Positions 1 through 10,156 of a DNA stretch of 64,000 nucleotides are shown in pieces. The notes below the pieces were generated by a model that worked only from the letters and a program-made list of their open reading frames with translations, was not told the origin of the DNA and ran no database searches. The position numbers and the translations under genes are program-made. Source of the stretch: Candidatus Bathyarchaeia archaeon (lineage in GTDB: Archaea; Thermoproteota; Bathyarchaeia; Bathyarchaeales; Bathycorpusculaceae); contig JAVZNE010000005.1 of the NCBI GenBank assembly GCA_038882975.1, forward strand, positions 35,624 through 99,623. Reading direction: 5' to 3'. The first letter of the stretch is position 1; each line of letters begins with the position of its first letter.

Positions 1-282
1 CCCGGCATGTTCAATGTCGTCCATGTTTGCTATGGATGCAACCCGGGCGCCAAACTAACAGGCAACGTCGTCGAGGATGAAAGGGTTTGGGGTTGCACGG
101 AGTGGGGAGTAGGCTACTTAGGCACGTTCCTTACTGGAGGGAAACCCATTGATGCGCCATCACATTCAGACGGCATATGCCTAAACACATCCGTTTGGCT
201 TGATGGAAAACAGATATGGGATCAAGGAAGAGCGGTTGACCCGGAACTTGCAAAGCTAGCTAAGAAGTTGGGAAAGTTCTAA
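1..282 (+). CDS. C-terminal part of a leucyl aminopeptidase / aminopeptidase-T-like (M29-related) protein; 5' end outside window
   Basis: Frame open from window start; H..G.NP.A..TG...EDER and HSDGICLNTSVWLDGKQI motifs resemble the C-terminus of this family. Confidence 0.55.
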   Translation, partial: PGMFNVVHVCYGCNPGAKLTGNVVEDERVWGCTEWGVGYLGTFLTGGKPIDAPSHSDGICLNTSVWLDGKQIWDQGRAVDPELAKLAKKLGKF

Positions 283-313
283 AAATCATTTTCCCTCCTT
301 TTCCTTTTTCTGC

Positions 314-865
314 TTATTTGGTTTCACGCAATCTTCTGCGTGCTCGTAATCTTCTTGGTTTTGCTAAAATGCCGTAGAATAGTACGCCTACACCTAACAG
401 CAATAAGAGCGTTCCTAGCGACGAGTATGGATGAAGCACCTGTATAATTTTCACACTTTTCTTCGCGTACAAAAAGCCGGAGAGAATAACCGGCCCTGTT
501 CCTTCATTTATTATCTCAACTTGATACGTGCCCTTCCCTGTGACGTTGACTCGCTGTATTATGTTATTTCCATAATCCTCAAATAATATCGGATCTGTTG
601 TTATAGGATTCCCAAACGGGTCGCGTCCAACATTTCCAACTTTTACTCGTACGTTGTTTGAAGCAGATATGTTTATCTCGAAAAAGTCGCCTTCCTCCAT
701 TTCAGAGGCGAAAATGGCATTGTTATACTCGCTTAAAGTTTCGTTATCAAAAATTTTGTCGTTTTTGGGCAACTCTTTCACGTAAGATATTGTTGTTGAA
801 AATCCCATAAAACAGATTGCAGCAATGATAAGGGCTATAGCGCAAATTATAACTACTTTGCGGAT
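314..865 (-). CDS. Hypothetical membrane-anchored protein (N-terminal signal peptide, C-terminal TM helix and basic tail)
   Basis: ORF track starts at 808, but the frame stays open upstream and encodes IRKVVIICAIALIIAAICF; GGAGG lies 7 nt before an ATC at 865; C-terminal LGTLLLLLGVGVLFYGIL followed by RR-rich tail. Confidence 0.6.
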   Translation of the reverse strand: MRKVVIICAIALIIAAICFMGFSTTISYVKELPKNDKIFDNETLSEYNNAIFASEMEEGDFFEINISASNNVRVKVGNVGRDPFGNPITTDPILFEDYGNNIIQRVNVTGKGTYQVEIINEGTGPVILSGFLYAKKSVKIIQVLHPYSSLGTLLLLLGVGVLFYGILAKPRRLRARRRLRETK

Positions 866-901
866 GGCTGTTCCTCCGGTAATTCCTATTTTCCATTACT
901 T

Positions 902-1231
902 TTATTCGTTTTTCTCCTCTTCTTCGTTTATCGGTTTTGTGGAGATCTCCCTTATTAGGGGTTCTTGTTTGCCGCCTTCAATTTCTATTTCTGCTCCTGG
1001 ATATTGCTGTTGAAGCCTTCTTTTTAGGGCGTTTACATCCACATCTTTTCCAACTTTCGCCTTGACCTTTGTGCCTTCTGGTGTTTGGGTTACGCTTATG
1101 GAGTAGCCGCTTGCAATTTCGCCTTCTGGGAATTCTTTGAAAAACTCATCTATTTCATCAAACACGGAACTGCTGAAAAGCTCGTCTATGAGGCTTCTTC
1201 TCCGCTTTTTCTCAGACGGCACAGACCTCAC
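902..1231 (-). CDS. Hypothetical protein (weak resemblance to the N-terminal region of archaeal Hsp20, no alpha-crystallin domain)
   Basis: 109-aa ORF with plausible composition; FDEIDEFFKEF...GYSISVTQTPEG segment. Confidence 0.55.
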   Translation of the reverse strand: MRSVPSEKKRRRSLIDELFSSSVFDEIDEFFKEFPEGEIASGYSISVTQTPEGTKVKAKVGKDVDVNALKRRLQQQYPGAEIEIEGGKQEPLIREISTKPINEEEEKNE

Positions 1232-1317
1232 CTAAATTGAAAGCGTGATGGCAGTGGCTTAAAAATTTTAATTAGCCACTATGGGCTATTTAGGGGCTGT
1301 AAGGCGGAAGATGGTAA

Positions 1318-1800
1318 ATGGCGGGGAAAGTTGTTATAATCATGGGTTCTGAACGGGACTTGGATTTCGCTAAGGAAATAGCCAAATACTTGAAGATTTT
1401 TGGCTTGGAGTTTAGGTTTCGAGTGGCTTCAGCCCACAAAACTCCCGAAAAAGTTCTCGAAATCCTAAAGGAGTATGAGGGCGAAAATGTTGTTTATATA
1501 ACTGTGGCTGGTAGGTCTAACGCATTAAGTGCCTTTGTGGACGCAAACACCACAAAACCCGTTATTGCATGCCCACCCTATTCAGAAAAGTTTGCTGGCG
1601 TGGACGTTTTCTCATCGCTTAGGGTGCCGAGTGGCATAGGCTCCACTGTGACGATTGAGCCTGAAGGCGCCGCCGTGGCTGCAGCAAAAATCTTAGCCTT
1701 AGAAGATAAGAAGCTTGAAGAGCGCATAAAAGCTTACCAAAAAGAGAGAAGGGAAAGGATTGAAAAAGCGGATGAATCTGTTAAAAAGTTGAAGTTGTAG
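1318..1800 (+). CDS. purE: Phosphoribosylaminoimidazole carboxylase / N5-CAIR mutase (PurE family)
   Basis: IIMGS.RD, VASAHKTP, AGRSNAL, PVIACPP motifs; adjacent to purC. Confidence 0.95.
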   Translation: MAGKVVIIMGSERDLDFAKEIAKYLKIFGLEFRFRVASAHKTPEKVLEILKEYEGENVVYITVAGRSNALSAFVDANTTKPVIACPPYSEKFAGVDVFSSLRVPSGIGSTVTIEPEGAAVAAAKILALEDKKLEERIKAYQKERRERIEKADESVKKLKL

Positions 1801-1810
1801 GCGTGCTGGT

Positions 1811-2854
1811 ATGGGAAGCGTTAAAGACCTTAAAGTGGTGAAGAAGCCGACAAAAACGCGGATGGGGATTGGCAGGTTTCACTTTTCAGACCGCTACTCG
1901 GTTTTTGACTGGGGTGAGATGCCAGACCACATAGACGGGAAGGGTGCAGCCCTATGCTTGATGGGGGCTTACTGCTTTGAAAGGCTTGAGGAGAAAGGCG
2001 TCAGAACCCACTATAGGGGGCTTGTAAACGAGAAGGGAAAAGTTGTGCATTTTGACGAGTTGGAGAAGCCGACAAACGTTATGGAATTCCACCTTGTGAA
2101 CGTTTATAAGCCGAAAGCTTATGTGGAAGGTGGCAAACTGAAATACGATTATAGTATTTACACTTCCAATCTCCGGAATTTCCTAATTCCATTAGAGATT
2201 ATTTACCGAAACGGCTTGCCAGAAGGCTCATCAGTTTTTAAAAGGCTTGAGCAGGGCTTAGTGACGCTTGAAGATTTGGGATTGGACCATTATCCAAAAC
2301 CCGGTGAGAGGCTAGCAAAACCAATCTTTGATGTTAGCACAAAGTTTGAGGAAAGCGACCGCTACCTAACATGGCATGAAGCCAAGCAACTGACGGGCTT
2401 AACAGAAAGCGAAATGGAGGAGGTTAAGGCTATACTCCTAAAAGTTGACGAGACAATTACGGAGATTGCCGCCAAAGCCAACCTAGTAAACGAAGATGGC
2501 AAGATAGAGTTAGCCTTCGACGAGGAAAGGATGCTTATGGTGGCAGACGTGGTTGGCACATTGGACGAGTGCAGATTCACCTATCAAGGATTGCACGTCA
2601 GCAAGGAAATAGCCCGCATATATTACAGACAGACGGAATGGGCAAAAGAAGTGGAACAAGCAAAACAGAAAGCCAAAGAGCAAGGCGTAAAAGACTGGAG
2701 AACACTGGTGAAAAACCAACCGCCAAAACTGGAACCAAAACTGAAAACATTAATAAGCCAAATGTATATGGCGGCGGCAAACGAAATAACGGGTAAAAAG
2801 ATGTTTGATATACCAAGCCTTGCTGAAATATTGAAAAATTTTGTGAAAGCTTAA
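1811..2854 (+). CDS. purC: SAICAR synthetase (long archaeal type)
   Basis: GSVKDL, FSDRYSVFDWG, IPLEIIYRN, DGKIELA, ADVVGTLDECRF, SKE motifs. Confidence 0.95.
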   Translation: MGSVKDLKVVKKPTKTRMGIGRFHFSDRYSVFDWGEMPDHIDGKGAALCLMGAYCFERLEEKGVRTHYRGLVNEKGKVVHFDELEKPTNVMEFHLVNVYKPKAYVEGGKLKYDYSIYTSNLRNFLIPLEIIYRNGLPEGSSVFKRLEQGLVTLEDLGLDHYPKPGERLAKPIFDVSTKFEESDRYLTWHEAKQLTGLTESEMEEVKAILLKVDETITEIAAKANLVNEDGKIELAFDEERMLMVADVVGTLDECRFTYQGLHVSKEIARIYYRQTEWAKEVEQAKQKAKEQGVKDWRTLVKNQPPKLEPKLKTLISQMYMAAANEITGKKMFDIPSLAEILKNFVKA

Positions 2855-2859
2855 GCCTT

Positions 2860-4293
2860 CTACGTTACTATTTCGTGGAGTTGTTTTGTTTTCCACGCTC
2901 GCCTAATTTCTAGGGCTATGCGGTCTCCTGTGCTCATTGGCTTCTTGTACTTGGCATTAGCGTATTGGGAGCCTAAGCCCATGTGAACGTTTGTTCCTCC
3001 GCCGTGGCGTAGGGCTACGTCCTGTGTTACTGGTATGTGCATGTATGGGTCTTGGGCTTCTGGAGCATCGTATAAGCCGTAGTCTGCGGCTGTTTTGGCT
3101 TCTATGCCGCTTGTGTAGTCCAGCTTAACCATTGGTTTAAGCTCGTATTTTGATATGCGGTCCCATGTGATGAGCGTTTGAAGGCACCATGCGCCAATTA
3201 TGCCTGGCGGTTCGTGTTCTCTGCACGCCAACAAGAAGCGGTCTGCATAGCGTTGCACGTCTTTTAGGAGGGATTCTCTTAGGCTTAGCATGGCGTGGGC
3301 TGTAACCTCGAAGGATGGAACACGCTTAAGCTTCTGCTGAACCTCTAACGGAAGCCTCTTCAAGCCGTCTAGAATTGTTTCTCTCCGTTCGTCTATGGAT
3401 AGGAACTGGTTGGCTAGGCATATTCTCGCCTCTTCAATGGTTACGTTGTAGAGTTTGGAGAACCAGTCATCCACGTCGCCCCATTCGCTTTTAGCGTCTA
3501 GTGGCGAGAAGAAGAAGTTGAAGTTGGCATGGGGTCCAAGAACAATCTGCTCAACGCGTGCATTGCGCAAAGACTCCTCGTCTAGGTTTCCAGCCTTAAC
3601 CTCCTTTTCAACTTTCTCCTCCAAATCTTTTGAGTCCGCGGCGAATATGAATTCTCTTTCGAATTTTCTGTGGGCGTGTTCAGCCTTCAAAAGCATGGGC
3701 TCGTCGATAAACTCTTTAAACCGTATCCCGCCCTTTCGAACCTCAAACTTGTAGGATTTCGGATATGGGATGCCCGCCTGCTCTGCAAACCAGTAGTAGT
3801 CCTTCTCAATTTCGCCACGGTTCTCAATTTTTAGAAGAGTTCTTGAGCCAATTATTGGGACTGCAAACTGGTTTTCGATTACGCTGCAGTGTTCGTCGCC
3901 GCCAACATAAACCGAAAAAGCCCTATTCGGAATCTGCAAACATTCCAAATCAACAAGTTCATCAACATACTTAACAATATCAGAGTAGCGGTCAAGAATG
4001 ACTATTACGCTTTTCCAGTCGCCATTTTTCTTAATGTCCTTCGGATCGTTTACAACGCGGATGTCCCGCCTCACAAGGCTTGGCAAGTCCTCAATCGGCT
4101 CGTCTGGTTTCCCAACCATGGGGTTTTGGATGTATATGCGTGCCCTTCCAGGCGTTGTATATATTATGCTTCTTAAGCCGTAGTTGCGTTGTCCCTGCCA
4201 TGCGTCTAAAGCCGAGTGGGAACCCAAATTAAGCCCTATGGGCTCTTTGTATTTTTTGGCTATTTCCTGCATTTCCTCTCTGCGTATAACCAT
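2860..4293 (-). CDS. purP: PurP-like ATP-grasp protein (FAICAR synthetase family, DUF1246/DUF1297), long variant
   Basis: LGSHSALD, IPNRAFSVYVG, RESLL, PPGIIGAWCLQ, R.GGGTN, MSTGDRIALEI motifs; probable start MVIRREE at 4293 rather than 4344. Confidence 0.8.
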   Translation of the reverse strand: MVIRREEMQEIAKKYKEPIGLNLGSHSALDAWQGQRNYGLRSIIYTTPGRARIYIQNPMVGKPDEPIEDLPSLVRRDIRVVNDPKDIKKNGDWKSVIVILDRYSDIVKYVDELVDLECLQIPNRAFSVYVGGDEHCSVIENQFAVPIIGSRTLLKIENRGEIEKDYYWFAEQAGIPYPKSYKFEVRKGGIRFKEFIDEPMLLKAEHAHRKFEREFIFAADSKDLEEKVEKEVKAGNLDEESLRNARVEQIVLGPHANFNFFFSPLDAKSEWGDVDDWFSKLYNVTIEEARICLANQFLSIDERRETILDGLKRLPLEVQQKLKRVPSFEVTAHAMLSLRESLLKDVQRYADRFLLACREHEPPGIIGAWCLQTLITWDRISKYELKPMVKLDYTSGIEAKTAADYGLYDAPEAQDPYMHIPVTQDVALRHGGGTNVHMGLGSQYANAKYKKPMSTGDRIALEIRRAWKTKQLHEIVT

Positions 4294-4377
4294 CGGAACA
4301 CCGTGGCTAAATTCCAGAAAGCCAGTTTTAAACCTTTTCAACAAGACCGTTAAAACTGTTCATGCGCTCTTTTCTTC

Positions 4378-4457
4378 TAGAAGATTCTTCCATACATGGT
4401 TATAAAATGGTTAAGCCTCTCTTCTCAATTGAGGGAAGGGGGAGAAGGGAGAAAATC
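4378..4457. repeat. Copy 1 of a bipartite intergenic repeat (copy 2 at 12543-12645)
   Basis: TAGAAGATTCTTCCATA at 4378-4394 = 12543-12559; GAGAAGGGAGAAAATC at 4442-4457 = 12630-12645. Confidence 0.75.
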
Positions 4458-4653
4458 CTTTGGCTGAGGCTTATGGCTGGCTTTTCGTTGACTTTGTTCC
4501 GCTTCTTTATGAGAAGAGGCGGGTTGCCAGACAACTTCAAGTGGAGACTTGGCTGGATTTAACCCAGCTTCTGAACGAGTTAAAACTTGAACTGGTTGAT
4601 AATGGAAAAATCGGACAAAATGCAAACGTAAAAGCTAAAATTGATTATGTTGC

Positions 4654-5421
4654 CTAGAGACCGCAAACCGACAAAAGCGCTTCAAAGTTTTGACGGTTTC
4701 CATCAGCCTTATAACGCCTTAAAGCCTCAATAACCGCTTCTCTATCTTTTTCACCAAGTTTTCGGCTTATTTTCTCCGCAACAACGCCACTTATGAAGAG
4801 GAACTGCGCAATCGAAGTAACATTTGATGGTTTGCGGTTTGTGCTGGCGGTTTCAAAGTCTACTATGACTGGGTTGTCTTGGCTGTCCACAATTATATGC
4901 TTCGGGGCGTGGCTCAACTCGCCATGGTCCAATCCTGCCTTGTCAAGACGCCAACACTGCTCCAAAACTTTCCTCAAAACACTTTTTATGCGCGTCTTGC
5001 TTGGGCGCTTTTCCAACCATTCTGGAAGCAATAAGCCCTCCACAAACTGCATTAACAAAAAGTTTTTGCTCACACCTAAAAGCCTTGGTCCAACATTGAC
5101 AGAGTTTGCCATTCCAATCATTTCAGCCTCATGCAACATTGTAACGCGATCCGCATCCACCCTCCGAATTTTTAGGGCTACTACCTCACAGCCTTTATAG
5201 GCTTTCACAACTATGCCAACACATCCTTTACCCAAAACTTTCAAGTTTGAAACTTGTTTCTCTCCGCAAAATTCCAGCGCCGTCACTCCCAATTTCCCAA
5301 GCTCTTCGATGCGTTTTTTAAGCTCGCTTTTGCCTGGTTTCAGGTAGCATAGCACCAAGGCGAATGGTTCCTCATAAAGACGCGCAAGAGAGACCTTCAG
5401 GCTTTCGGCTTCCATTTTCAC
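4654..5421 (-). CDS. RIO/Kae1-associated-type serine/threonine protein kinase
   Basis: LGKGCVGIV glycine loop, VALKIRR, DHGELS catalytic loop, IVDFETAS. Confidence 0.85.
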   Translation of the reverse strand: MKMEAESLKVSLARLYEEPFALVLCYLKPGKSELKKRIEELGKLGVTALEFCGEKQVSNLKVLGKGCVGIVVKAYKGCEVVALKIRRVDADRVTMLHEAEMIGMANSVNVGPRLLGVSKNFLLMQFVEGLLLPEWLEKRPSKTRIKSVLRKVLEQCWRLDKAGLDHGELSHAPKHIIVDSQDNPVIVDFETASTNRKPSNVTSIAQFLFISGVVAEKISRKLGEKDREAVIEALRRYKADGNRQNFEALLSVCGL

Positions 5422-5492
5422 CCTTAAAATGCTAAGTTTAGTGCTTAAAAGACTATGCCGAAAAGTTAGAAAAGAGAAGAAGAAAAGCAGCG

Positions 5493-7712
5493 TTACTCTT
5501 CTTCGCAGAATTCTTCTGGTCTTGGCGGTGTTGGTGGCAAGCCTTTGCGTTCGCGTATCTGTCTTATCACTTCTGCTTGCATGGATTCAGGCACTGGTGC
5601 CCATCGGCTGAACTGGGTTGCCCAGAAGGCTCTTCCCTGCGTTGAAGAGCGGAGCTCATCGGCTATTCCAAAGGATTCAGCCACTGGCAATTCAGCCTTA
5701 ACAATGACCATGTCTTCTTCGTTAACCATGTCTAGGATTTTGCCCCGACGCTTCTGCAGTAGCGTTATGACCGGGCTTACAAAGTCATCGGGGACCTTGC
5801 ATTCGAAGCTTAGGATGGGCTCTAGAAGTTTTGGTTCGCTAAGAAGGAAGGAGCCCCAAATTGGTCGCCATGTCATGGGCAGAATCTGGGCTGGTCCTCG
5901 GTGAACCGGGTCTTCGTGGATAAGGATATCTTCAAGGTTTACTTTAAGCCCGTACATGGGTTCCTTCGCCAAGACACCAGTGGCAACAGCATCCCTAAAG
6001 CCAGACCTAACATGGTCCAAGACTTCTTCCACATACTGCCTGCCCTTAATCCTGTTGACCAATATGTTTGTGCCTTCAATGGCGATTACATTACGCGCAT
6101 CTTCAGTGGACCAACCGAATTCCTTCATTAGGATTTTCTGGCGTTCGTCGCGGGTTTGCATCTCGTTAATCTTGCCCGCCTTAATAGCCTCTATAACTTC
6201 TGGCTGAAGCCTTTCAACGGTTACCCAAAGCCTGTTATGCTTGTTGGGGCTCTTGCCCATAACCGGTGGACCTTTATAATCGTGGCTTATGGTTTCGCGG
6301 TAAATCACAATGGGCTTGCTCATCCTAACCTTTAGGCCGGCTTCCTGCATGCGGTAGGCTGTAACCTCCAAGTGGAGTTCGCCCATGCCGCTGAGCAAGT
6401 ACTGTCCGCTTTCCTTGTCTATCTTAAAGTGCAAGTTTGGATCTTCAAGAGTTAGCTTATGAATAACCTTATCGAATAATGGAAGGTCTTTAACGTCTTC
6501 CGGCTCAACAGCCACCGTGACGACAGGGTCTGAAACATACTTTAGGGCTTCGAAGGGTGCTGTTTCAACGCCCTCTTCAGCTATTGTTTCGCCCACGTGG
6601 ATGGATGGCAAACCAGAAAGAGCCGCAATGTTTCCAGCTGGAATCCTTTCGACTATGACTCTGTCTGTTGCCATGCTCATGTAAACCTGCTGTATGCTTC
6701 CCTTCTGGCGGCTTGTCACGAGGCGGACGGTTTTACCCTTCTCAACAGTGCCGCTGAAAACCCTACCGATGGCGACAACACCACTGTGGGGGTCAACCTC
6801 AATGAAGGTTATACACATCAAAAGCGGCCCGTTCGGGTCAACCTTAGCCATGGCCTTGCCAACAGGGCTGTTTGGGTCGCCGGGCCAGATTTGGCTCTGC
6901 CTGTAGGGCTGCGCCTCGATGGGGCTTGGGAGGTGCTCGCAGAACATGTCCAAAACTGGCTCGTAGACGGGTATGCGTTTGCTTAGGGCTTCCACCTTCC
7001 GTCCAATTTCCTCAGGCTCGCCAGTATAAGCGTCAATAATGTCCTTGAAGGTTATGCCCTTAGCCTTCATGTGAGGTAGGTTTAAACCCCACTTGTGAAG
7101 TGCTGAGCCAAAGGCAACACGTCCATCTTCGACTTTAACCTGCCAATCCTTCTTATGCTCTGGAGGCGCGTACTTTTCAATGATGGTGTTTATCCTCGTT
7201 ATTATTCTTGCAAATTTCTTCTGTATCTCTTCTGGGGTTAGCTTCAGCTCCCGGATTAGGCGGTCAACCTTGTTTATGAATAGTATGGGTTTCACACGTT
7301 CGCGGAGGGCTTGCATCAAAACAGTTTCCGTCTGAGTCATGGGTCCCTCAACAGCATCCACAACTACTAAAGCGCCGTCAACAGCCCTTAGGCTTCTTGT
7401 GACGTTTCCGCTGAAGTCTATGTGTCCAGGCGTATCTATGAGGTTTATGAGGTAGTCAACGCCCTTAAAAGTGTGGACTAGGCTTATGTTGGAGGCGAAA
7501 ACCGTCATCTGCCTCTTCTGTTCGAGTTCCCAAGAGTCTAGGAAAAGCTTCTGCCCAGCCACTTGCTCGCTGATTATGCCAGCAGCCGCCAAAAGGCTGT
7601 CTGAAAGTGTTGTCTTACCATGGTCAACATGTGCAATTATGCTTGTGTTCCTTATCCTCTCAGTTTGAGTCATTAGTTTAACTATTTCCTCTATCTGCCT
7701 ATAACGACCCAT
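5493..7712 (-). CDS. Translation elongation factor EF-2 paralog (divergent switch I)
   Basis: AHVDHGKTT, DTPGHIDF, NKVD, GMGELHLE, HEDPVHRGPAQI; RQMTV replaces the canonical RGITI. Confidence 0.93.
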   Translation of the reverse strand: MGRYRQIEEIVKLMTQTERIRNTSIIAHVDHGKTTLSDSLLAAAGIISEQVAGQKLFLDSWELEQKRQMTVFASNISLVHTFKGVDYLINLIDTPGHIDFSGNVTRSLRAVDGALVVVDAVEGPMTQTETVLMQALRERVKPILFINKVDRLIRELKLTPEEIQKKFARIITRINTIIEKYAPPEHKKDWQVKVEDGRVAFGSALHKWGLNLPHMKAKGITFKDIIDAYTGEPEEIGRKVEALSKRIPVYEPVLDMFCEHLPSPIEAQPYRQSQIWPGDPNSPVGKAMAKVDPNGPLLMCITFIEVDPHSGVVAIGRVFSGTVEKGKTVRLVTSRQKGSIQQVYMSMATDRVIVERIPAGNIAALSGLPSIHVGETIAEEGVETAPFEALKYVSDPVVTVAVEPEDVKDLPLFDKVIHKLTLEDPNLHFKIDKESGQYLLSGMGELHLEVTAYRMQEAGLKVRMSKPIVIYRETISHDYKGPPVMGKSPNKHNRLWVTVERLQPEVIEAIKAGKINEMQTRDERQKILMKEFGWSTEDARNVIAIEGTNILVNRIKGRQYVEEVLDHVRSGFRDAVATGVLAKEPMYGLKVNLEDILIHEDPVHRGPAQILPMTWRPIWGSFLLSEPKLLEPILSFECKVPDDFVSPVITLLQKRRGKILDMVNEEDMVIVKAELPVAESFGIADELRSSTQGRAFWATQFSRWAPVPESMQAEVIRQIRERKGLPPTPPRPEEFCEEE

Positions 7713-7933
7713 AGTAGAACATACCCCACGCTAACCAAAAGCTTGAAAACTGGATGTTGTTTGCATAGTTTTCAGCAAACATTACTGTCCACTGCCAGAG
7801 TTAGGCTACATGCAAATGAAAACTGAACCATATTAACTTTTTGCACGAAATCCACAAGACTTTTAAGACCACATGAAACCCTTGTTTCTTGAAATTTGTA
7901 AGTTATCTTAAAGCTGACATCGGGGATTCTGTC

Positions 7934-10144
7934 TTGCCAAGGTTTAGGCAAACCAGCGAAATTCTGAAGCTAATGCATAGGAAGGAGGATATCCGCAACA
8001 TTGGCATAATAGCCCACATAGACCATGGGAAAACGACTATGACGGATTCTCTTTTGGCTGAAGCTGGCTTACTTTCGCCCAGAATAGCCGGAGAAGCACG
8101 AGCTTTGGACTATTTGGAGGAGGAGCAGAAGCGTGGAATAACGATTAAAACTGCCAATATTTCGCTTTTGCACGAGATTGGCGGACGCCCATACGTCATA
8201 AACTTGGTTGATACGCCGGGACACGTGGACTTTACTGGTAAGGTTACAAGGGCTTTGAGGGCTATTGACGGCGCAGTGGTGGTTGTAGACGCTGTTGAGG
8301 AGGTTATGGTTCAAACAGAAACCGTAACCCGCCAAGCCTTAGAAGAGAGGGTGCGCCCCGTCTTATTCATCAATAAGGTTGACCGCCTAATAAAGGAGTT
8401 GAGACTTACTCCAAGCGAGATTCAAGACAAGTTTATGCGGATTATACGAGACTTCAACAATTTAATAGAGCTTTATGGGGAGCCGGAATTCAAGGAAAAG
8501 TGGAAGGTTGATCCTCAAAAAGAGACTGTGGCTTTTGGTTCTGCGCTGCACCGTTGGGGCTTCACCCTAAAAATCGCCCAAGAGAAGGGAGTCAAATTCA
8601 GCGACATAATGGAGGCTTACATTCGGGGCGAGCATCAAAAACTTGCCCAGTTGATTCCGCTTCACAATGCCATTCTAGACATGGTGGTGAAAAACATTCC
8701 AAACCCCATAGAAGCCCAAAAGTATAGGTTGCCAAGGATATGGAAAGGCGACTTGACATCTGAAATTGGGCAAGCCATGCTGAACTGCGACGACAACGGA
8801 CCAACCGTGATGTGCATAACAATGGCGCAAATGGACCCCCACGCGGGATTAGTGGCAACTGGAAGGCTTTTCTCCGGCTCTGTTAAGGAGGGCGACCAAG
8901 TTTACCTTGTGGGCGCGTGCAAAGACTACCGCGTCCAGCAGGTTTCCATGTACATGGGCGCCTTCAGAGAAGTTGTTGACAAAATAACGGCTGGAAACAT
9001 CGCGGCGCTTTTGGGCTTGGATTTGGCCAGGGCCGGGGAAACCCTTGTGGATTTAGCCCACAAAGACATAATGGTTCCCTTTGAACGCATAAGGTATGTT
9101 TCAGAACCAGTCATAACAATCGCCATTGAACCAAAACACCCTAAGGATTTGCCGCGCCTAGTGGATGCTATGAACAGACTCTCCATTGAAGATCCAAACC
9201 TTGTAACCATTATAAACAGGGAGACGGGCGAATACTTGCTCAGTGGAATGGGCGAGCTCCACCTTGAAATTGCCGTGAAATTCCTCAAGGATTACGGCGG
9301 CGGGCTGGAAATCATAACCTCAACGCCAATAGTGGTTTACCGGGAGAGCGTCGCCGGCAAAGGCGTAGTAGCCATGGCTAAAAGCCCCAACAAGCACAAC
9401 AGGTTCTGGGTCCAAGTCGAACCGTTGGAGGAGAAGGTTATAAACCTAATAGAGGCTGGCGGAATAGCCGAAGAAATGGGGAGAAAACAGATTGGCAACA
9501 TACTCTTCAAGGAAGCTGGATGGCCGGCTGAGGAGGCGCGGAACATCTGGGCTATAGATGAGCACCGCAACATACTTGTAGACGCGACGAAAGGCGTCCA
9601 GTACCTGCGAGAAGCGAGAGAAATGATTATTGCCGGTTTCAGATGGGCTTGTAGGGCTGGACCACTATGCGAGGAGCCAATCCGCGGAGTGAAAGTCAAG
9701 CTTATAGACGCCCAGCTCCACGAAGACCCGGTTCACCGAGGACCAGCCCAGATTATGCCAGCGATTCGCCGTGCAATTTTAGGCTCTTTCCTAACGGCTA
9801 AACCAGTGCTTCTTGAACCCGTTTATAAAATTGGGGTTTCTGTTCCAGCCCAGTGGGTTGGAGATTGCATAAGCATAATAACACGGAAAAGGGGGAGGAT
9901 ATTGGCTTCAGAGCATAAGGGCATCCTAACAATAATTGCCGGCTATATTCCAGTGGCTGAAACCTTCGGATTGTCGGCTGAGATGCGTTCAGCCACTTCT
10001 GGACATGCCTTCTGGCAGTGCACCTTCGACCACTGGGAAACAGTCCCAGAAAACATAGCCTCGGAAGTTGTTAGGCGAATACGCGAAAGAAAAGGGCTGC
10101 CGCCGGAAAAGCCGACGCCAGACATGTTTATAGATGAAGAGTAG
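7934..10144 (+). CDS. fusA: Translation elongation factor EF-2 (canonical type)
   Basis: AHIDHGKTT, RGITI, DTPGHVDF, NKVD, HEDPVHRGPAQI diphthamide loop; probable TTG start at 7934 (MPRFRQ). Confidence 0.95.
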   Translation: MPRFRQTSEILKLMHRKEDIRNIGIIAHIDHGKTTMTDSLLAEAGLLSPRIAGEARALDYLEEEQKRGITIKTANISLLHEIGGRPYVINLVDTPGHVDFTGKVTRALRAIDGAVVVVDAVEEVMVQTETVTRQALEERVRPVLFINKVDRLIKELRLTPSEIQDKFMRIIRDFNNLIELYGEPEFKEKWKVDPQKETVAFGSALHRWGFTLKIAQEKGVKFSDIMEAYIRGEHQKLAQLIPLHNAILDMVVKNIPNPIEAQKYRLPRIWKGDLTSEIGQAMLNCDDNGPTVMCITMAQMDPHAGLVATGRLFSGSVKEGDQVYLVGACKDYRVQQVSMYMGAFREVVDKITAGNIAALLGLDLARAGETLVDLAHKDIMVPFERIRYVSEPVITIAIEPKHPKDLPRLVDAMNRLSIEDPNLVTIINRETGEYLLSGMGELHLEIAVKFLKDYGGGLEIITSTPIVVYRESVAGKGVVAMAKSPNKHNRFWVQVEPLEEKVINLIEAGGIAEEMGRKQIGNILFKEAGWPAEEARNIWAIDEHRNILVDATKGVQYLREAREMIIAGFRWACRAGPLCEEPIRGVKVKLIDAQLHEDPVHRGPAQIMPAIRRAILGSFLTAKPVLLEPVYKIGVSVPAQWVGDCISIITRKRGRILASEHKGILTIIAGYIPVAETFGLSAEMRSATSGHAFWQCTFDHWETVPENIASEVVRRIRERKGLPPEKPTPDMFIDEE

Positions 10145-10156
10145 CGCATATGTGAA

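Noticed and set aside
7889-7933. N-terminal extension of EF-2 given by the ORF track
   Set aside because: TTG at 7934 gives MPRFRQ, matching the paralog's MGRYRQ; the extension looks like leader sequence
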